Shown: in pieces, positions 57,198 to 64,000 of the stretch
How positions within the stretch are numbered: position 1 is the stretch's first letter
Layout of the letters: each line of letters begins with the position of its first letter
Source: Eledone cirrhosa
Lineage: Eukaryota
Assembly: GCA_964016885.1 (NCBI GenBank)
Contig: OZ024765.1
Span: 8,122,001-8,186,000, forward strand
Reading direction: 5' to 3'
Length of the DNA stretch: 64,000 bases
The notes under the pieces: generated by a model
Database searches by the model: none
What the model saw: the letters and a program-made list of their open reading frames with translations, nothing else
What the model was told of the DNA's origin: nothing
Program-made: the position numbers and the translations under genes

Positions 57198-58841
57198 CAG
57201 CCATGGGCAACCTGTGGCCCGCAAAGTTCTCTCAATGGCTCTCCTAAGTCACCTAAGAGAAATCTTTCTGATATTTTTACCCCAACTTTTCAGTCGTAAT
57301 CTATCTTTCTAGCATTTTTACGATCGAGGAAAACAACATGTAGGAATTCTGAGGAAACAAATCAAAACAACCTGAGTTACCACCCTTTTTTGTTGATGTG
57401 GGCACAAGAGTAAATTAGAGCTTGCGGCCCACCTGATGATGAGCTGTATCTCATGTGGCCCACCTGATGATGAGCCATATCTCATGTGGCCCACCTGATG
57501 AGCTGTATCTCATGCGGCCCACCTGATGATGAGCTGTATCTCATGTGGCCCACCTGATGATGAACTATATCTCATGTGGCCCACCTGATGATGAGCTGTA
57601 TCTCATGTGGCCCACCTGATGATGAGCTGTATCTCATGTGGCCCACCAGATAATGAACTATATCTCATGTGGCCCACCTGATAATGAGCTGTATCTCATG
57701 TGGCCCACCTGATGATGAGCTGTATCTCATGTGGCCCACCTGATGATGAACTATATCTCATGTGGCCCACCTGATGATGAGCTGTATCTCATGTGGCCCA
57801 CCTGATGATGAACTATATCTCATGTGGCCCACCTGATGATGAGCTGTATCTCATGTGGCCCACCTGATGATGAGCTGTATCTCATGTGGCCCACCAGATA
57901 ATGAACTATATCTCATGTGGCCCACCTGATAATGAGCTGTATCTCATGTGGCCCACCTGATGATGAGCTGTATCTCATGTGGCCCACCTGATGATGAACT
58001 ATATCTCATGTGGCCCACCTGATGATGAGCTGTATCTCATGTGGCCCACCTGATGATGAACTATATCTCATGTGGCCCACCTGATGATGAGCTGTATCTC
58101 ATGTGGCCCACCTGATGATGAGCTGTATCTCATGTGGCCCACCAGATAATGAACTATATCTCATGTGGCCCACCTGATAATGAGCTGTATCTCATGTGGC
58201 CCACCTGATGATGAGCTGTATCTCATGTGGCCCACCAGATAATGAACTATATCTCATGTGGCCCACCTGATGATGAGCTGTATCTCATGTGGCCCACCTG
58301 ATGATGAGCTGTATCTCATGTGGCCCACCTGATGATGAGCTGTATCTCATGTGGCCCACCAGATAATGAACTATATCTCATGTGGCCCACCTGATAATGA
58401 GCTGTATCTCATGTGGCCCACCTGATGATGAGCTGTATCTCATGTGGCCCACCTGATAATGAGCTGTATCTCATGTGGCCCACCTGATAATGAGCTGTAT
58501 CTCATGTGGCCCACCTGATGAGCTGTATCTCATGTGGCCCACCAGATAATGAACTATATCTCATGTGGCCCACCTGATAATGAGCTGTATCTCATGTGGC
58601 CCACCTGATGATGAGCCGTATCTCATGTGGCCCACCTGATGATGAGCTGTATCTCATGTGGCCCACCTGATGAGCTGTATCTCATGTGGCCCACCTGATG
58701 AGCTGTATCTCATGCAGCCCACCTGATGATGAGCTGTATCTCATGTGGCCCACCTGATAATAAGCCATATCTCATGTGGCCCACCTGATAATAAGCCATA
58801 TCTCATGTGGCCCGCTTCTCGAAAAAGGTTGCCCATGCCTG
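57198..58841. mobile_element. hAT (Charlie-like) MITE expanded by an internal 31-bp minisatellite
   Basis: TIRs CAGCCATGGGCAACCT and AGGTTGCCCATGCCTG; about 45 units of GTGGCCCACCTGATGATGAGCTGTATCTCAT at 57424-58813; target-site duplication not intact. Confidence 0.8.
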
Positions 58842-58849
58842 GCCTAAAG

Positions 58850-59188
58850 CAGGGGATCTCAACCTGGTCCGTGTGGACCACTAGTGGTCCACAGGAAAAT
58901 TCAGGTGGTCCACAGAAAATGTTCAATAGCAAATTCTCTTTTGATCCCTGCATTTGACTTAAAACGCTGTTCTTATTCTTCGCATAAGTACGACTTCAGC
59001 TGTTTATTTGCGTAGATTTTTAGGCACTGCGACATGATAATAGCATTTTCTAATTCATTGAACAAAAAACATCTACTGATGCTTATAAGTAGCAGTTCTA
59101 TTACAAAAGATTTAAAAGTTTAGGTGGTCCACAGGAAAAAATTACTTATTTTGGTGGTCCACAGCGAAAAAAAGGTTGAGAACCCCTG
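58850..59188. mobile_element. hAT (Charlie-like) MITE
   Basis: TIRs CAGGGGATCTCAACCT and AGGTTGAGAACCCCTG; 8-bp TSD GCCTAAAG/GTCTAAAG; subterminal GTGGTCCAC repeats. Confidence 0.92.
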
Positions 59189-59732
59189 GTCTAAAGTATT
59201 ACCAGTTTTGATGTATTAGTAAAATTCATTTTATCAAATGTTGAGTATTATAATTAAAGAGAATTAATAAGAATTTAAAAACTAAAAATTAAAGATTTAA
59301 AATTAAGTGTTGATGTAAGTTTTTTTTCATCTTCCTATATATATATATATACACACAAACTTTGTTTGTGTTGATCAAATGTGCAAACAAAATAATTATG
59401 GAAAATTGCTTACCAAATATATTTTTTCTCGGTGTGTTCCTTGCAAGGTAATAATCCCGATAAAAAGGGTATGGTACATTTTCCAAGGAGAAGACCACAG
59501 AGAATTTATAATAAGTATGGTACCAGGAAAAACAGGAAGACCTAGTCAGGAAGAAATTCAATAATTATAACATAATATGTACGATTGAGCATTGGACTAT
59601 TTAGTCAGCACATGTAGATGGTTATGCTATTGTATAGAAACACGTGTTAAAGATTAAACGCAATAAATATCTCCTTCTGACCACTTCTTCCTGTCTAGTT
59701 CTTCCTGTTTTACCTGGTACCATATTCATACT

Positions 59733-59807
<75 letters not shown>

Positions 59808-59881
59808 ACAAGTATGACTCGGCAGAGCTCAAGCCGTTTTGACGGATATTTCAGTCCAGAAATAGCCATCGAAACGGCTTG

Positions 59882-60670
59882 AGCTGTATACAGGTATACC
59901 TGTACACAGTTTTACCTGTATACAAGTATAGCTGTATACCGGTATACCTGTACACAGTTTTACCTGTATACAAGTATAGCTGTATACAGGTATACCTGTA
60001 CACAGTTTTACCTGTATACAAGTATAGCTGTATACCGGTATACCTGTACACAGTTTTACCTGTATACAAGTATAGCTGTATACAGGTATACCTGTACACA
60101 GTTTTACCTGTATACAAGTATAGCTGTATACCGGTATACCTGTACACAGTTTTACCTGTATACAAGTATAGCTGTATACAGGTATACCTGTACACAGTTT
60201 TACCTGTATACAAGTATAGCTGTATACCGGTATACCTGTACACAGTTTTACCTGTATACAAGTATAGCTGTATACCGGTATACCTGTACACAGTTTTACC
60301 TGTATACAAGTATAGCTGTATACCGGTATACCTGTACACAGTTTTACCTGTATACAAGTATAGCTGTATACCGGTATACCTGTACACAGTTTTACCTGTA
60401 TACAAGTATAGCTGTATACCGGTATACCTGTACACAGTTTTACCTGTATACAAATATAGCTGTATACCGGTATACCTGTACACAGTTTTACCTGTATACA
60501 AGTATAGCTGTATACAGGTATACCTGTACACAGTTTTACCTGTATACAAGTATAGCTGTATACCGGTATACCTGTACACAGTTTTACCTGTATACAAGTA
60601 TAGCTGTATACAGGTATACTGTACAGTTACACCTGTATACAGGTGTAACTGTACATGTATACAGGTGTAT
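59882..60670. repeat. 48-bp minisatellite, about 15 copies, rich in short palindromes
   Basis: Unit AGCTGTATAC(A/C)GGTATACCTGTACACAGTTTTACCTGTATACAAGTAT. Confidence 0.97.
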
Positions 60671-60917
60671 AGGTATATATAGTTCCAGCATATTTTCATA
60701 TTTCTGTTTAAGTTTATTAAATCTAAACAATCAATACATTCACACGCAGAGTCCCAGACATAAACCAGACATTTTAAAGTTTATTTATTTTTGTTTTGGT
60801 GTATTTTCTATTGTGATTAGTGCCTGTTGTTGTTGGTGGTGGTGGTGTGGTGGTATTGTGGTGGTGTTGTTGGTGTAGTGTTGTTTTTTTAAACATTTTT
60901 TCATATATCTGTCTACA

Positions 60918-60964
<47 letters not shown>

Positions 60965-61031
60965 GTAAGTGTGTGTGTGTGTGTATTTTTAAGAATGGTC
61001 TTACTAGTGTTAACTAGTAACCTTTCTCTCA

Positions 61032-61081
<50 letters not shown>

Positions 61082-61193
61082 TATGTCTATACATATACAT
61101 ATATATATGTCTATACATATATATATGTCTATACATATATATATGTCTATACATATATATATATATATGTATATATATATATGTATATATATA

Positions 61194-61229
<36 letters not shown>

Positions 61230-61329
61230 GACAGAGAGAGAGAGTGGGGGACAAAAGATACCGTAGCTTTCAAAGGTTTTTAACATCAGTAAATGCATTT
61301 CTCTCTATATATAAATATATATATATACA

Positions 61330-61483
<154 letters not shown>

Positions 61484-61588
61484 TATTTCTTTTTGAGTAT
61501 GTATAGATAAATATGTATATACATACATATATACATGCATATATATATATGTGTATACATACATACATGTATGTATGTATATATATAT

Positions 61589-61620
<32 letters not shown>

Positions 61621-62185
61621 TGTATATACATATTTATATATATACTCAAAAAGAAAGAGAGAGAGACAAACAGAGAGGGTGTGGGAGGGAGAGAGAAAGA
61701 GAAAGAGTGAGAAAGGGGGCAAGGCAGAGGGTTTTAAAGAGAGAGAGAAAGAGAGAGGGGGTGACAGAGAGAGAGAGAGGGGGCTGAGAGAGGGTTTAAG
61801 AGAGAGAAAGAGAGCATTTAAGAAAGCGAGAGAGGTGGTGACAGAGAGAGGGGGAGAGGATTTAAGAGAGAGAGAGAAAGAGAGATAGAGAGAAAAAGAG
61901 AGCATTTAAGAGAGAAAGAGAGAGAGGGGGAGAGAGAGAGAGAGAGAGAGACTAATGGATGAAGGTGGAGGTGGAGGTTGAGGAGGAAGTTTCAATATTT
62001 TCTCAAACATGAAAGAAACCACTTTACATAACGTTTTTCTTCGACAAAAGGCAATAGAGTATTTGAAAAGGTGTCTTTTCTTGTCTTGGAACATTGAAAG
62101 GAAGCCGCTAGTTCGATTTTTAGACCATTTATAAATTGCTGCCATCTGCTTTAAATGAACTATTTTTCCCGATCAACTTGCAGTC

Positions 62186-62234
62186 CAATCCTTGTATAAA
62201 AACAATTGTACACAAATATTTTGAGCTCTTAGTT
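62186..62234 (+). promoter_or_regulatory. Candidate Pol II core promoter
   Basis: TATAAAAA at 62195-62202 and Inr-like TTAGTT at 62229-62234, just upstream of ATG 62243. Confidence 0.45.
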
Positions 62235-62242
62235 GTTTATCA

Positions 62243-62297
62243 ATGGCTAACTTACTCGTTTCTGCTTTCATAATTTTCATCTCTCTTGCATTCACAG
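62243..62297 (+). CDS. First coding exon: signal peptide of a secreted or membrane protein
   Basis: MANLLVSAFIIFISLAFT + G|GTATGT donor (CAG|GTATGT), phase-1 intron, unique sequence context; the rest of the gene was not identified in the window. Confidence 0.6.
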
Positions 62298-62332
62298 GTA
62301 TGTGTGTATATTTATTATTATTATTATTATTA

Positions 62333-63131
62333 TCCCGCCGAGGTTGACTTTGCCTTTCATCCTTACAGGGGGTCGATAAAATAAAGTACCAGTAATGTAC
62401 TGAGTAATTGCTGGCCTTGTGCCTAAAGTAGAAACAATTATTATTATTATCCTTATTATAAAGAACCAGTAATACACTGGGATCGATATAATTAACTCTC
62501 CCCTCCCCCCAAATTACTGGCCTTGTGCCTATACTAGAAATTATTATCATTATCTGAGTTCAAATCGCGGTCAATAAAATAAAGTACCAGTAATACACTG
62601 GGGTAATTGCTGGCTTTGTGCCAAAAGTAGAAACAATTATCCTTATTATAAAGTACCAGTATTGTACTGGGGTTAACATAATCAACTTTCCTTCTCCCCA
62701 AAATTGTTGGCCTTGCGTCTAATCCCGCCAAGGTTAACTTTGCCTTTCATCCTTACGGGGTCGATAAAATAAAGTACCAGTAATACACTGGGTAATTGCT
62801 GGCCTTGTGCCAAAAGTAGAAACCGAGGTTAACTTTGCCTTTCATCCTTACAGGGTCGATAAAATAAAGTACCAGTAATACACTGGATAATTGCTGACCT
62901 TGTGCCAAAAGTAGAAACAATTATTTTTATTATTATTAGGGCGGTGGATTGGCAGTATCGGTAGAGGGTCGGGCGCCATGCTATGACGCATAGAGTTACG
63001 CCCCTTGGACTTCTGAGTTCAAATCCCGCCGAGGTTAACTTTGCCTTTCATCCTTACGGGGTGGATAAAATTAAGTACCAGTAATACACTGGAATAATTG
63101 CTGGCCTTGTGCCAATAGTAAAAACAATTAT
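62333..63131 (+). mobile_element. Head-to-tail cluster of SINE C fragments ending in a full copy (62939-63131)
   Basis: About seven repeats of AAGTACCAGTAATACACTGG...GGCCTTG. Confidence 0.88.
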
Positions 63132-63225
63132 TTGCGCATCATCACTGCTTTACCGAGTACAGCTCTGTGCACCTTGGCCATGTGCAGTGTAGTTTTTGTT
63201 GATGTTGTTTCTATTGTATTTCATA

Positions 63226-64000
63226 ATATATATATACAGTACCTAGAAGTGCTGTCTTTTGTATGCTGTATATATTTGTAAGTCCTGTGGCACTCTATAT
63301 AATATATATACAGTACCTAGTAGTGCTATATTTGTATGCTGTATATATTTGTAAGTCTTGTGGTACTCTATATAATATATATACAGTACCTGGTAGTGTT
63401 ATCTTCTGTATGTTGTATATATTTGTAAGTCCTGTGGTACTCTTTATAATATATATACAGTACCTAGAAGTGCTGTCTTTTGTATACTGTATATATTTGT
63501 AAGTCTTGTGGTACTCTATATAATATATATACAGTACCTAGAAGTGCTGTCTTTTGTATACTGTATATATTTGTAAGTCCTGTGGCACTCTATATAATAT
63601 ATATACAGTACCTGGTAGTGCTGTCTTTTGTATGCTGTATATATTTGTAAGTCCTGTGGTACTCTATATAATATATATACAGTACCTTGTAGTGCTATCT
63701 TCTGTATGTTGTATATATTTGTAAGTCCTGGGGTACTCTATATAATATATATACAGTACCTAGTAGTGCTATCTTCTGTATGCTGTATATATTTGTAAGT
63801 CCTGTGGCACTCTATATAATATATATACAGTACCTGGTAGTGCTGTCTTTTGTATGCTGTATATATTTGTAAGTCCTGTGGTACTCTATATAATATATAT
63901 ACAGTACCTAGTAGTGTTATCTTCTGTATGATGTATATATTTGTAAGTCCTGTGATACTCTATATAATATATATACAGTACCTAGTAGTGTTATCTTCTG
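63226..64000. repeat. 74-bp minisatellite, more than 10 copies, running off the window edge
   Basis: Period 63457, 63531, 63605. Confidence 0.95.

Noticed and set aside
57424-58813. CTGATGA / ATGATGA...CTGA in every 31-bp unit as a hammerhead or box C/D array
   Set aside because: No GAAA or stems for a hammerhead, units too short for C/D snoRNAs, and the array is explained as an expanded MITE subterminal repeat.
59851-60699. 282-aa and 267-aa ORFs with 16-aa repeats (also 32686-33420 and 53454-53684)
   Set aside because: Minisatellite translations; the long arrays are open on both strands and none has exon features.

Overview
Eukaryotic, AT-rich, almost entirely repetitive DNA. The repeat complement (tRNA-headed SINEs with (GAT)n or (ATT)n tails, several RTE/RTE-X LINE fragments, hAT MITEs, multi-kb (TA)n tracts) is what I associate with octopus genomes; the species call is inference. 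Nearly all long ORFs in the supplied track are micro- or minisatellite artefacts. Real coding remnants are RTE/RTE-X LINE pieces, a frameshifted DNA transposase C-terminus, and a probable first exon encoding a signal peptide (62243-62297, +) behind a TATA box. There are also tentative 5' exons of a minus-strand gene (15480-18335). The main hidden structure is non-coding. At least 13 type I hammerhead ribozyme folds (CUGANGA...GAAA...UH, stems paired by eye) sit in short, (TA)n-inserted, Penelope/retrozyme-like elements. About 20 fold-back palindromes are built from those elements, several with the axis next to the ribozyme or at a native hairpin. One repeated ~290-bp element carries an internal tRNA cloverleaf with a non-canonical GGA anticodon and a T5 terminator. 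All folds and coordinates were read manually and have not been computed.
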